Of a DNA stretch of 64,000 nt, positions 1 to 16,479 are shown in pieces (positions within the stretch are counted from its first letter, which is position 1; each line of letters starts with the position of its first letter). The notes under the pieces are model-generated. The model was not told the origin of the DNA. It was given only the letters and a program-made list of their open reading frames with translations, and ran no database searches. Location: NCBI GenBank assembly GCA_020137815.1, contig CM035357.1, forward strand, positions 1,612,001 to 1,676,000. The letters run 5' to 3'. This stretch comes from Hormiphora californensis (taxonomy: Eukaryota > Animalia > Ctenophora). A program made the translations under genes and the position numbers.

Positions 1-230
1 TATGGCGGCGCCATACCCCCATTTGCATTGATTCTCAGTGCGCTCAGATGGGGTCGGCGGCGCCAGACAACCCCGAAGCTGTATGGCGGCGCCATACCCC
101 CATTTGATTTTCAGTGCGCTCAGATGGGGTCGGCGGCGCCAGACAACCACGAAGCTGTATGGCGGCGCCATACCCCATATTTGATTCTCAGTGCGCTCAG
201 ATGGGGTCGGCGGTGCCAGACAACCCCGGA
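1..230. repeat. GC-rich ~70-80-bp tandem repeat (about 3 units, runs off window edge)
   Basis: TATGGCGGCGCCATACCCC...CAGTGCGCTCAGATGGGGTCGGCGG(C/T)GCCAGACAACC recurs at 1, 82 and 158. Confidence 0.85.
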
Positions 231-668
231 GAGTTTCTGTCAATCCGGAATTATCTGGCGGCGCCGAACCGATCTGATCAAAACGGGGTCGGCGCCGCCA
301 GAGAGAACTCTTTCTCTCTCTCCCTGGGACCCTCTTTAACTAACTCACCATCCCGTCTCTCTTTGTCAGGCGAATCTGGTGATCTGTAATCTGATAACGG
401 CGTACTACATGACAGGGGCTGCATTTGCTCAAGCGTTTCAGGAAACACCTGATCACACCTCAGGTACACTTCTCAAGACTTTCCATCTCTCTGTTAATTC
501 ATAACGTCCAAGTGATATCACCATTTAATCCCGGCTCTCGCGATTTGTTACTCAATAACTCCGACCCCTTAGAACCAACCTCGAAAGGTCTGGCGAGTGA
601 CGCCATTACGCATACGCTCACAGTCACATCTGTTTGGAAGCGCCGACCCTATTTGAGATTGAGAATTA

Positions 669-993
669 GAACAGGCTCTGCCAGCGCCAGATCGGCTCAG
701 ATCCGGTCGTCAAGTTAGTCTCTAAGTTAGTCTCTAACTCATTCCTCACCCCAAGGCTGGGACATGACTCTCTCCTCACTGAGTGTAACAAGCTGGGCTC
801 TGGTGGTGGCGTTTGGTGGTGGCGCCGACCAGATCTGAGAATCAGATCCAGGGCCAGAACGGGCTCTGCCAGCGCCAGACCGGCTCAGATCAGGTCAAGT
901 TAGTCTCTAAGTTAGTCTCTAACCGTAACTCCTCAGGTTGGGACATGACTCTCTCCTCACTGAGTGTAACTAGCTGGGCTCTGGTAGTGGCGT
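669..993. repeat. ~140-bp direct duplication
   Basis: GGCTCTGCCAGCGCCAGA...GTTAGTCTCTAAGTTAGTCTCTAAC...GGGCTCTGGT(G/A)GTGGCGTT at ~669-812 and ~857-993. Confidence 0.8.
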
Positions 994-1240
994 TCTGGTA
1001 TCAATCAAAAGAGGAGCAGGATGGAGACAAGTTAGATAAGAAAAGTGAGTAGATATCATTTTGTAAGTCCGATCCGCTATTGGCATTATAATTGGCCCAT
1101 CCTGCATCCAGGCCCATCTAACCAAGTCTTCCCTGGCCCCCAGTCCATTTCAGTCTGTATCTTCATCCCCGTCTAATTGTACCCCTCACCTCCTATTTTT
1201 GAGTATCTGATCTCCCCCATCTCCCCCTCCCTCCCTCCAG

Positions 1241-1866
1241 GTGATGTTAGTATAGTTACCAGCTACATCATTATCTGCATCCTATGGTCCTACTTTGCCC
1301 TCCTTGTCCTAGTCCACTGGCTAGGTGTCTACGGATGGACCTTTACTACCCACGAGAGTCACGGGTGGCTATTCTTCTTCCTAGTACCCTTCCTACTACC
1401 CTGGATTCTCCAAGCAGTCCTAATTTACCCGACCCTTGCTGCGACATACACCTCCCTGAACGCTGGGGATTTCAAATTGTTGGACACGAGCCAGCCACCC
1501 CCAACCATCCTCTCAACCCTATTCTTCTGTTCCTCCGCAGCAGCTATCTTTGCAGCTCTAACCACCCGGATCTTGTTCCCTAACGAGGAACTAACGTGTT
1601 TCCTGGATGAGGCCCTGTTATCTGTGGTGTGTATAACTTGGATGAATTGTTCCGTGTTCCCCCTACTAATGACGTGTTCCGAGAGCTGTGAGGTAGCCCC
1701 TACTAAGATGGAGGTTGATGCGGTTATTGATAGTGGAGTGAGGTATCTGAGAGGGGTTGTTAGGGAGAGGGCGGCCGTTGCTAGGGAGAGGGCGGCCGTT
1801 GCTAAGGAGAGGAAGGTTAGGGTGGAGAAGGATGTGGAGAAGGATCAGAATGAACCAGACGTTTAG
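1241..1866 (+). CDS. Probable terminal exon of a multi-pass membrane protein of unknown function
   Basis: Pyrimidine tract + CAG acceptor ending 1240; open frame with ~4 hydrophobic segments and a charged C-terminal tail; upstream exons not identified. Confidence 0.45.
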
Positions 1867-1981
1867 ATTAACAATTATCATTGTTTGAGTGTCCAATTGG
1901 ATTTGTCTTGTGTTGTACTTGTTGCATGAAAGTGAAGCTTCGTTCAGTCAAAACTTGAACTCAGTATTTCAATTGTATTGT

Positions 1982-2256
1982 GGCAGGGTGGCGTAGTGGC
2001 TAGTACACTCGCCTCTCACGCACTAGGTCCATGTTTGATCCTGGTCAAGCGCATGTCGTCTAGTCCACCAAGCTATGATTGGTAGGGGCTCTCTTGAGAG
2101 ACCCGAAAGCGACACGAGTGCGTATGTTGTGGGGTAGCGCCCGGGTCCCGGCTACGCTACAGAGAAATCTGTACCGGAAGGACCATGGCTGAACGCCATT
2201 GAAACGCCATTAAAGATCAGCACCCCCGGCACTGGATTTATCCTAGTCGCCCTGCC
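1982..2256 (+). mobile_element. tRNA-derived SINE-like / Pol III-type element
   Basis: tRNA-like head with A box TGGCGTAGTGG and degenerate B box GTTTGATCC; body ends with GAACGCCATTGAAACGCCATTAAA; not a canonical cloverleaf. Confidence 0.6.
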
Positions 2257-2519
2257 TTGCTTTGTGCTCAATGGGAGTCGGAATATTCATGTCTTAGATT
2301 TATTTCGTGTTAGGGATATGAATTGGACAAAATGTATGAGACCTGACTACAATTGCCCCCTCTCTCCCGATCCGATATCAAAATGAAAACACATTGATTT
2401 AAAACAATAAATTAAAACGGTTCCCACTGACAATAAGTTAATTTAAAAATTGGACTCCGTTCAGCCAAGAACGACCGGAAAAATGTAATCCCAGTAAACC
2501 ACTCTTGGCATCTCTTCTC

Positions 2520-2712
<193 letters not shown>

Positions 2713-2763
2713 TCCCTTGGCGCATCACATTGATCACTACCCATCACTTCTATTTCACACCGC

Positions 2764-4060
2764 TATGACGTTCCGAAGTTTGCTATCCCAGTGTTGTCAT
2801 GGTTACAAGGTCCTAGAAGAGGACGTCCCAGCACCGCTAGTAATCGCCAACCCCCTGGCATGCCATAGAGCCCAGCCCAGGAGTTACTACCAGGGTAACA
2901 GATGGTATGCGGGGCAGGACCAACCTAAACAGCATGTTCCTTGGTATGGGTCTACTGGACGTGCCCACCCTGCCATGGGTAGTAGAGACTTTAATAATGC
3001 TTTCTACAACGGGGCACCAAATGGTATAAACGGGGCATCAAATGGTATAAACGGGCCACCAAATGGTATAAATATGGGGCAGTTTGGAGGGATGAACATG
3101 ATGGGGCAACCAGTGTTTTACCCCCAACAGCCCTCCCACACCCACCAACCTTTCTACACGGTACACAGCACAGGAAACATGGGGTATGTCTACGAGACAC
3201 GACTTGTACAATCGGGGGTGGTCCTGGAGAACCCAGCTGCTGAGAGAAGAGGAGTGTCACCAACACCGCCGGCTGTGGAAGCTGCTGCACCCCCGAAACC
3301 AGGGAATATAACCAAGGCTAGGAGGAGACGTGGTCCAAGACCGACTCCCTCAACGGCGCCATGGGAGCCTGCTATTAGACGGCCAACTACCATACAAAGA
3401 CCGTTAACCACCCAACCACCTAGACCATCTTACATTGTGGAGCTTACCAACTCTAATGTACAGACAGAAGACATACTGGTTGATCTGACCACTCCGGTGG
3501 ACATGGTGAAGATTAACATGCCACTACCAGAACAAGTGGTTGTCCTGGCTGAAGTGGTTTCAGGAGAAGAAGTGGTTACTGATGTGGTTCCCGAAGAAGT
3601 GGTTGTCCTGGCTGATGTGGTTGCAGAACAAGTGGTTACTGATGTGGTTCCAGGAGAACAAGTGGTTACTGATGTGGTTAAAGTGACACAGAGTGATGTG
3701 GTTAGTGTGGAGGAAGACTTCCAGAAACTTGTCCTAGAGAGAAGCTGCAGTAGACCGGAGGATATGCTAGCTGAAAGTATGGAAGATGTCTCTCCTAGTC
3801 CTGGTAAAGTGAGCCCACCTGGAACACCAGAGATCGAGGTTATCCCAGAACCTGTCCTGACCCCAGTGGTTATCAAGAGAAGGAAGATCCCTGGCACCCC
3901 CATCTCCCCTATCCTCACTGCTGGGTTTGAGTGGTGCGAGGATTACGAGTACGAGTTGGTTGAGTGTGGGGAGCAACAACAGGAAGAGGAGGAGGAGGGA
4001 GCGTTGGAGTTGGAGCCAAACTTTGAACTTGACAGCCCTTTCAATCAGCATCCTCTGTGA
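2764..4060 (+). CDS. Intronless low-complexity protein (NGxxNGI repeats, Pro-rich middle, VVTDVV repeats, acidic C-terminus); function unknown
   Basis: ~430-codon ORF from ATG at 2764; AATAAA at ~4251; no recognisable domain. Confidence 0.5.
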
Positions 4061-4068
4061 ATGGACAC

Positions 4069-4177
4069 CTTGAACCGACCGAATTAGGAGATACTGGTCC
4101 CTGATTGGCTGATAACCAGTCACGTGACCTAAATAACGAGTTCTGATTGGTTGTTTACTTGTTTCGGTCGGTTCCTG
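4069..4177. mobile_element. 109-bp hAT-type MITE (family A), TSD ATGGACAC
   Basis: Family TIR CAGGAACCGACCGAA (left end degenerate here); exact 8-bp TSD; 8 bp after the stop of the 2764-4060 ORF. Confidence 0.9.
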
Positions 4178-4308
4178 ATGGACACATTCTCATCATAAAG
4201 AGTCCCACTATTGCTAAATAGCCACCCGGGACTGAAGCGTGTTGTCTCTCAATAAAAATTGTAATTTCTCTCTCCTGAAAAAAACTCTTTCACAGATTGT
4301 ATACGATA

Positions 4309-7300
4309 TTATTTTGATTGTTTCATTTTCGTTTCCAACTTTTCTAAAGCTGTTTGGTAGTTTTCCGAAAGTGTTTCAATCACAGATTCGGGTATGGTCA
4401 TCTCTCTGATCTCCTCTCCTCCCGCCTTCCTCAGCATCTGTCTGAAGTGATGCATCTGAAGGGAGATGTAGTGTGAGAATGAGTTTTAGGATACTTTCTT
4501 GACAGACTAGCTTCTGCATCACCATATATTTGAAGGAAATAATTACCAAATAAAAGGGGGCGGGGGAAATCGTTTGACCAGGAACCGACCGAATCAGGAA
4601 ATACTGGTCCCTGATTGGCTGATAACCAGTCACGTGATCTAAATAACGAGTTCTGATTGGTTGTTTACTTGTTTCGGTCGGTTCCTGGTCGAGTCTTACC
4701 TCTTCAAATCTGCAGAGTGTATAGGCGTGTCCCTCTCTCCCTGCACGTGCTGTTCTGCCCACTCTGTGTACGTAGGTCTGTACGTGGGAGGGTGTGTCGT
4801 AATTGACTACGTGAGACACACTCGCTATATCCATACCCCGGGCCAGGGAGTCTGAGCATACCAACCTGGAGAAGAGGGGAGGGGTGTTATTGTAGAATAT
4901 TAATAGAGGGCGGGAGCCGGGAGAAGGGGTGACTGCCATTATAATAGAGGGGAGGAGTGGAGGGTGTTATTATCTGTCAGAGCATTGGCCTGACCCTATT
5001 CTCATTTCTCTCAAATAAGCGGAGCGCGCGAGAACTGTGGTCAGAGCATTGGCCTGACAGGTTATTATAATCATCAAGGGGGTTGTGTATAATACACTTT
5101 CTCCGACACGGGACTCAAGCACGGGGGTGCAGGTAGCCTACAGAAGGCGGGTGTGACAGTGATTTCTTTTTGTGTGCATGAAAATGCAGAATCGGTTAGG
5201 GACCGTTCCCTCCTCTCAATGGCTTGTTGACAAAGCCCTAACCAAGCCAGCGGAGGGGGATTAAGAGCTCAAACGGGCATACGATGGTGTGGTATGACTT
5301 TAGGTGAAAGTGAAGTGTCTTGTCCAAGTGGAAATCCGGGTTCCTTATGTACTGCGGAAGGGGTCTTGTTAGCCAATAGGAGGGCACCGGGTGGCGCGCT
5401 CTCATTGGTTCCTTCAGCATCCAATAGGAGAACAGGAAACAGGAAAACGGATAGTTTCGGAAAATTTCGGGATAGTTTGTGACAAATAACTTTGCGGGGG
5501 TACCCAATTAGAAGTCAGTCATTTTCAAAGCATCACATCAAGTTCCGGTCACACATCTCCAACTGTAGAGCCTACATCCACAGGCTCCAGAGCCAGGGCT
5601 TAGATCCAGGTAGGCTTGAACAATCTATTCCAGAACAAGGGAGTCCAATTAGGCTACCCCTGAGAGTCCACGGGGGCCGCCGGGCTTAATAATCATCAAG
5701 GGGGTTGTGTATAATACACTTTCTCCGACACGGGACTCAAGCACGGGGGTGCAGGTAGCCTACAGAAGGCGGTGTTATTATAGAGGGCGGGAGGGGTAGG
5801 AGGGAGGGAGGTGTTATAGATGTTGATGGGTGTTTCACTTAGCCAAACTGGGACATGTACATAGTCTTTTTGGGTTTCCGGCATAAGGTGTGAAACATGA
5901 GTGAAAAATTGGGAAATAGCTGTGAAATGATGTCTTACAAATTAGTTTTGTTTGAAGCAAAGTCCCTAACAACCCTGCTCCGTTGCGGTAGGGAGAGGGA
6001 TGACGAGAATTCGGAAACTGTGATATCAGGAAACTCCTCCGCTAAAAGTGCCAACCTATGGGCTGTATCTATACTGCCAGTGAAACAGAGGACGTGTTTC
6101 AATTGTTGTACCAGGTGGATTAGGACCAGGGCTTTATCTTCCAACTTGCACCTTACAACGTGTTGCTGGAGGAAGGGGGTGGAGTTAGAAAGGTAGAAAA
6201 AGAGAGGGGACCCGGGAAATTTTACACTAACATTCAATTCAGATCAAATATAAAACCTAGAAATTGGTGGTATGTATCGCATATACTATCTGGAATCCTG
6301 GAGACACAGAACTCACAAACAGACAAACAAACAGACAAACTCACCTGTAGAGTGCTTGGTAGGGTGTACTTTCCTCCACAATTATACATGACAGGTCTGT
6401 GCAGCTGGAGAGGGGCCAACTTTGCTGGGTTATGTGTGATTGTAGCAGAGAATAATAGTTTCTGGAGAGGTAGAGGGGGACATCGGAGGGAGGCGAGAGA
6501 TGTGGAGGAGCTTGTGTAGCGTTTAGTGTTTACTATTGGTTGGGCACCTGGGGGAGGTAATAATACTGATTAGAGAGGTGTACACTGATAGGGACCACTG
6601 ACTAACCAAGTAGTTCTGGTGAGAGCTCAGTAATGAGTGGTAGCTATAGAGCATTTAATAACAGGAACCGACCGAAACAAGTAAACAACCAATCAGAACT
6701 CGTTATTTAGGTCACGTGACTGGTTATCAGCCAATCAGGGACCAGTATTTCCTGATTCGGTCGGTTCCTGTTTAACAGCCTTCCCGTACTATCGATAGTT
6801 TAGAGATAACCACCATACCTGAGCTACCGGCGACTGGTGAACTAGCAACCCTCTCCAACATCATTGGCAACCAATCCTGGTAGGCCTGATTTAGCAGGGA
6901 ATCGACTTCATCGATAACGAGATACCGCAACTGTGATAGTGAGAGAGCGGGGGTGTCTCTAAGATGGTTAACTAGGCGTCCTGGGGTTGCTATAGCAACG
7001 TGTACAAGACAAGTTCCTGATTCTGTGTAGAGAGCTTTCTGTTCTTGGGCCACACTGTTCTTGCCCGATAGTAGGGCTACCTGCGATAGAAGGGGTTTGT
7101 TTTCAGATGTTGTGAGACGTTGGGGATACATCTGTAATTACTAAAGTAAACACTCATAGGTGATTAGTCTAATTAAGTACTAAGTCTACACAGAAAGAAG
7201 GGTCGAGTAGTTCTTGAATTTGAAAAATATTGCATCTCGTAAAAGGACAAATCGACAGATTGCGACAAATCAAACTCACGTGCGCGCACACAAGGGGTAC

Positions 7301-8975
7301 TTTTCACACTACCGCGCGGGGAAAACTAGCAATAAATCAGAGACGCATTTTGGTTGAAACACGGAAATACCTCTCTCTCCAAGATCTCTCTAGATCTCAA
7401 GATAGAAACCGAGAGATCTAAATAGAGACAACAGACAGACAACAACAATTACTTTTATTAGAGATGAAAAGTTGGTAAACACTTGTTTCACTTGGTGTGC
7501 CAGGTTTTTCGTTGGAACTACCACTATCGCTTGCAGGCTTGGGGAACACTTTTGGAGAATCTGAACATGTGGGAGAGAGGAATAAAGAGGAGAGAGGGGT
7601 AAAGAGAGAGGTGTTATCAATGTTAGTAATAATTTCGAAAGACGAACTGTTATCGCGAGACAGTGTGATAAAGTTAGGAACAGTGCCATAAAGTAATTCG
7701 AGTAGTACAATTCACAGTACAATTCACAAGGCATTGAAACAGGAACAGACGATGTCCCCGAGTAGATTTTAATTGAACTTTAAACTGTTAAATTAAACAC
7801 TGTTTTATTTACCTGAGCGAGGGAGATGGCGTAAACGAGCGTTTTCCCTGATCCAGTAGGTCCACAGACACACAAGTCCTGGGCCCGAGATAGGGAGGCT
7901 GATCCTCTCAGGATATCTGGTATAACCTCACTCTGCACTGAAAAATAGGAGGATGGATAGAGAAAAAGGGGGAGAACGATTCGATGGGAAGAATAGAATA
8001 GAGGCAATGGAATACAAGTTAGATGTACATCTGCTGCAGCTGACTGCACTCTGAGTGGTATCAAATATCCTGCCTATTGTAGTCTAGTCAATAGTCACTT
8101 TACACTATTCGTTATAAAATAACATTTGAGCAAAGACGATAAAAGATTGCTGATGTCTCATTGTACAGGGTGGTTCAGAAAGTTAGAACCATTTTACCTG
8201 GGAAAAGAGAAGTAACTTCCATCCCAGCCAGAACACCCCGTACACCCTCCGATAGTAACCCTGCAAAATCCTCCAAAGGCACACTCCTCCCAAAATCAGG
8301 GTCGATGACATGACTCTCAGCTATCCAATCTGGGAGATCTCTCTTCACTGCAACTTGTCTTGACTTCTGTTTCTTCCCACCAAGCACTATCCACTGTTCT
8401 GTGGGTTCTGGGAGGGCAGTGTTTTCTTCCTGAGTTGGGGCTGGATCCTCTTCTTGAACTAAAGGTTCCTCTTTTTGAACCTCTTCTGTTCCATCTTGGA
8501 TCTCTTCTGCTGTTGTTTCAGGAACTACAGGAACTTCCTCTGGTGCTTCTGTTTGTTCCTTCTTTTTCTTTTTCTTCTTCTTTTTTGTCTTGTCTTTCTC
8601 ACCTTCCTCTACCTCTAACTTCTCCTCTATTTCCTTCACAGGTTCTACCTCATTATCCTCCAGAACAACCTCTTCACGTTTCCTCTTTTTCTTTCGTTTT
8701 GGTACTGCTACAGTCTCCTCTATTACCGGTACAGCAGCAACATCCCTCTTTTTCCGTTTCCTTTTCTTCCTCTCTTCACCATTCTCCTCCTTCACTTCCG
8801 CCTGAAGTTCAGGAGTACACGGTGGTTTAATCTGGCTATGTTGCTTTGCAGGTGGTTTAATCTGACTCTGTTGCTTTGCAGCTATCCTCTTTTTGAGAAG
8901 TTCCAACCTCGCTGCTGCCAAGTCTGTCTTCTTCTCCACTTCATCCTCGTCTGCCTCGTATCGGGTGAAAAACAT
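4309..8975 (-). CDS. DDX51: DEAD-box RNA helicase DDX51/Dbp6-like; 8 exons: 8975-8198, 7937-7813, 7560-7453, 7080-6819, 6547-6345, 6165-5939, 4865-4700, 4455-4309
   Basis: Q motif [52 protein letters not shown]; consistent GT-AG phases; Lys/Glu-rich N-terminus. Confidence 0.88.
4579..4687. mobile_element. MITE family A copy
   Basis: Full-length, both TIRs, in last DDX51 intron. Confidence 0.9.
5068..5772. repeat. 83-bp direct repeats (5068-5150, 5690-5772) bracketing ~540 bp of probable TE sequence
   Basis: TAATCATCAAGGGGGTTGTG...CCTACAGAAGGCGG identical twice. Confidence 0.75.
6662..6770. mobile_element. MITE family A copy
   Basis: Full-length, both TIRs. Confidence 0.9.
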
Positions 8976-9368
8976 GGCCTGCGATGGAGATGGGGTATTG
9001 ATCGACTGGAGATAAAAAGTGGAATTTGTGGGGAACCAACTCCATTTTCCGGAAGGTATTTAAAAAGAAAAACGAGGGGGTTGCTTTTTGTAAAAACTGT
9101 TTCGCAAAAATATATTGACACACACATTGAGCACTCACACACATTTAACAATCATTGGTGTGAGATTGGATTGGATTTTGAATTGAATATATTAGGGCAC
9201 CGAAAGAAAATCAAAGTATGGAAATCACAGTTTAACTCCAGAATTCTTAGGAGTAAACAAAGCTTTTACACCAAACACACACACATACACAAACACACGC
9301 ACAAGAACCACGTAAAATGTAAAAGCGTCTCAAGGGATTGACTTGAGATAAATGTGGTGCGTATAGTA

Positions 9369-9477
9369 CAGGAACCGACCGAATCAGGAAATACTGGTCC
9401 CTGATTGGCTGATAACCAGTCACGTGACCTAAATAACGAGTTCTGATTGGTTGTTTACTTAATTCGGTCGGTTCCTG
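9369..9477. mobile_element. MITE family A copy, TSD GTATAGTA
   Basis: Both TIRs and exact 8-bp TSD. Confidence 0.92.
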
Positions 9478-9808
9478 GTATAGTAGTTGGATCCCGTAAA
9501 TAAGTTATACTTTTCCCGCTAAAACATACATCTCATGAGCTTTCACTTGGCCGACAAAAGAGGGGGAGTTATTTCTACACACGCTTATAACGAAAAGATA
9601 TACACACTATACAGCTGTTACAACCCTCCTTCCAATTTCTATAGATTCACATTCTTTCCACAGTATTACATCAGCTTCAGCAATTAGCTCCCGATCCGAT
9701 GACCATACCATTCATAAAAATCTACCCTGATTCGCTTCTAAGCCAAAACGTAAATTACAATAGAATACATGTCCCAAATATATATCAGTCCACAAGTTCG
9801 GTGACAAC

Positions 9809-9921
9809 CAGGAACCGACCGAATCAGGAAATACTGGTCCCTGATTGGCTGATAACCAGTCACGTGACCAGAATAACGAGTTCTGATTGGCCGGTTGTTA
9901 ACTTGTTTCGGTCAGTTCCTG
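9809..9921. mobile_element. MITE family A copy (plus a partial copy at ~10017-10083)
   Basis: Both TIRs, small internal insertion. Confidence 0.88.
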
Positions 9922-10089
9922 CCCACAGCTCAGTACTACAACAGGTATATCTCGTCCGAAGAACTGGGTGGTAACTCGTCATCTGTGTAGAAGTCTCTCC
10001 TGCCCCTTTTGTATCGAAATACTGGTCCCTGATTGGCTGATTACCAGTCACGTGACCTAAATAACGAGTTCTGATTGGTTGTTGTACCC

Positions 10090-14783
<4,694 letters not shown>

Positions 14784-14849
14784 AACATAACTCAAACCAT
14801 CCTGTTAAACAAGGAAATTAAACAAGGAGATCCCGTGTATGATAACAAG

Positions 14850-14958
14850 CAGGAACCGACCGAAACAAGTAAACAACCAATCAGAACTCGTTGTTTAGGT
14901 CACGTGACTGGTTATCAGCCAATCAGGGACCAGTATTTCCTGATTCGGTCGGTTCCTG
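14850..14958. mobile_element. MITE family A copy, TSD ATAACAAG
   Basis: Both TIRs, exact 8-bp TSD. Confidence 0.92.
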
Positions 14959-15105
14959 ATAACAAGGTGAGGGGAACTGGGGGAGCCAGGGAGAGGGGAG
15001 GAGAGTCAGAGCAAGATCAACAGCACATTTGAATAGAGAAAGGTATGGGGAAGAGGGGAAGCCTAGATAACAACAAGAGAAGGCGCTGTACAAATATTCA
15101 TTGTA

Positions 15106-16133
15106 CAGGGTGTTCATATGGGATCTTTACAAGCGTTGGGCTTCACCCAGAAAAAAGTTGACAAATTTAGCTCATGAAACTTCATACTTGGACTATTCTA
15201 TACCCTCATTCAAGGTTCCTGGTGTTTCCGGAGCTCTACTACCCCTGGAAGTGTGTTTTTGGTATCAAAACTACCAGAAGGAATTTTTTGCTGATGCTGA
15301 GACTTTGCTAGAATGTTTTTTGGGTATTTTTAATGGCAATTCCAAAGTTTCATGATGATTGGATGTGTGGTTCAGTCACCAAGGTCAAAATAAACTGGCT
15401 GGAAAGGCTCAAAAACAGCTCAAAAACGGCAAAAATAGATATTTTAGAGCTTTTCCAGGCACTTTTTTCGAAATTTTGAGTTCATAAAACACATCCAATC
15501 ATCATGAAACTTTGGAATTTTGACATTTACCTGGATGCTCTGGTAAATCGGGGGTTCAGACTGCATATGATATCGTTAAGGTAAAACACAAGGAAAGTTT
15601 GTGTTCGGAATTTATATATGATATCGTTAAGGTTTTAGTAAAACACAAGGAAAGTTTGTGTTCGGAATTTTAAAAGGCCTACATGGAGTATCAGTTACTG
15701 TCTTTTTACCATATCCCAGAATTTAGGATATATTCAATCTTTAGAGGTGCTCTTTAATCAGAGGACCTAAATTAATGTTTGAGATAAGAACCCAATAAAA
15801 AAAGCTACAGTCGGACCCAGATTTAACGGCACCCGGCAGTATAATAATCTTCCCCTGGCATGGGAAATTAAAAGTATTTGACACCTACTTTTATACAAAC
15901 AGTAAAGTGCGATTTTTAATTTGCCTGACAAACTTGTAGATACTATAGCAGAAAATTCCTTCTGGTAGTTTTGATGCCAAAAACACACTTTCGGGGGTGC
16001 TAGAACTCCAAAATCCCCGGGAACCTTGAATGAGGGTATAGAATAGTCCAAGTATGAAGTTTCATGAGCTAAATTTGTCAACTTTTTTCTGGGTGAAACC
16101 CAACGCTTGTAAAGATCCCATATGAACACCCTG
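15106..16133. mobile_element. Non-autonomous Tc1/mariner-like element with ~185-bp TIRs
   Basis: TA|CAGGGTGTTCATATGGGATC...GATCCCATATGAACACCCTG|TA; mirror-image spurious ORFs. Confidence 0.88.
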
Positions 16134-16479
16134 TATAAAGTTCTAAGTAGGAATTGTAAACAGAGGTTAGATGGTTAGGGTGGTTGGAAGAGGAAGTGTA
16201 GTAGCAAAATAGGGGAACGAAAACAAGGAGTATTGTACACGTTTCAAATAAATTCTTATACAACTGTCTACAAGACAGGACCTGTTTTTAGAAATACATA
16301 ATAATAACCAAGCCTCCCTCTACTCAAGTCTCAAACACACCCTATGTGTGACCCAGCCACAACTTAGTAGGAGTGAGTATAGTGAGCCATTCTCCCTTAC
16401 TCAAATAGTACCCAGCCCAGTATAAGACTACACCCAACACATCACGTGATCCAGTCACGTGATCCAAGATCTACAATGT

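Noticed and set aside
1982-2052. Functional tRNA gene
   Set aside because: Acceptor and T stems do not pair and the B box is degenerate; treated as a tRNA-derived element.
6890-6915. DEVD instead of DEAD as a sign of an inactive helicase
   Set aside because: DExD variation is common and all other motifs are intact.
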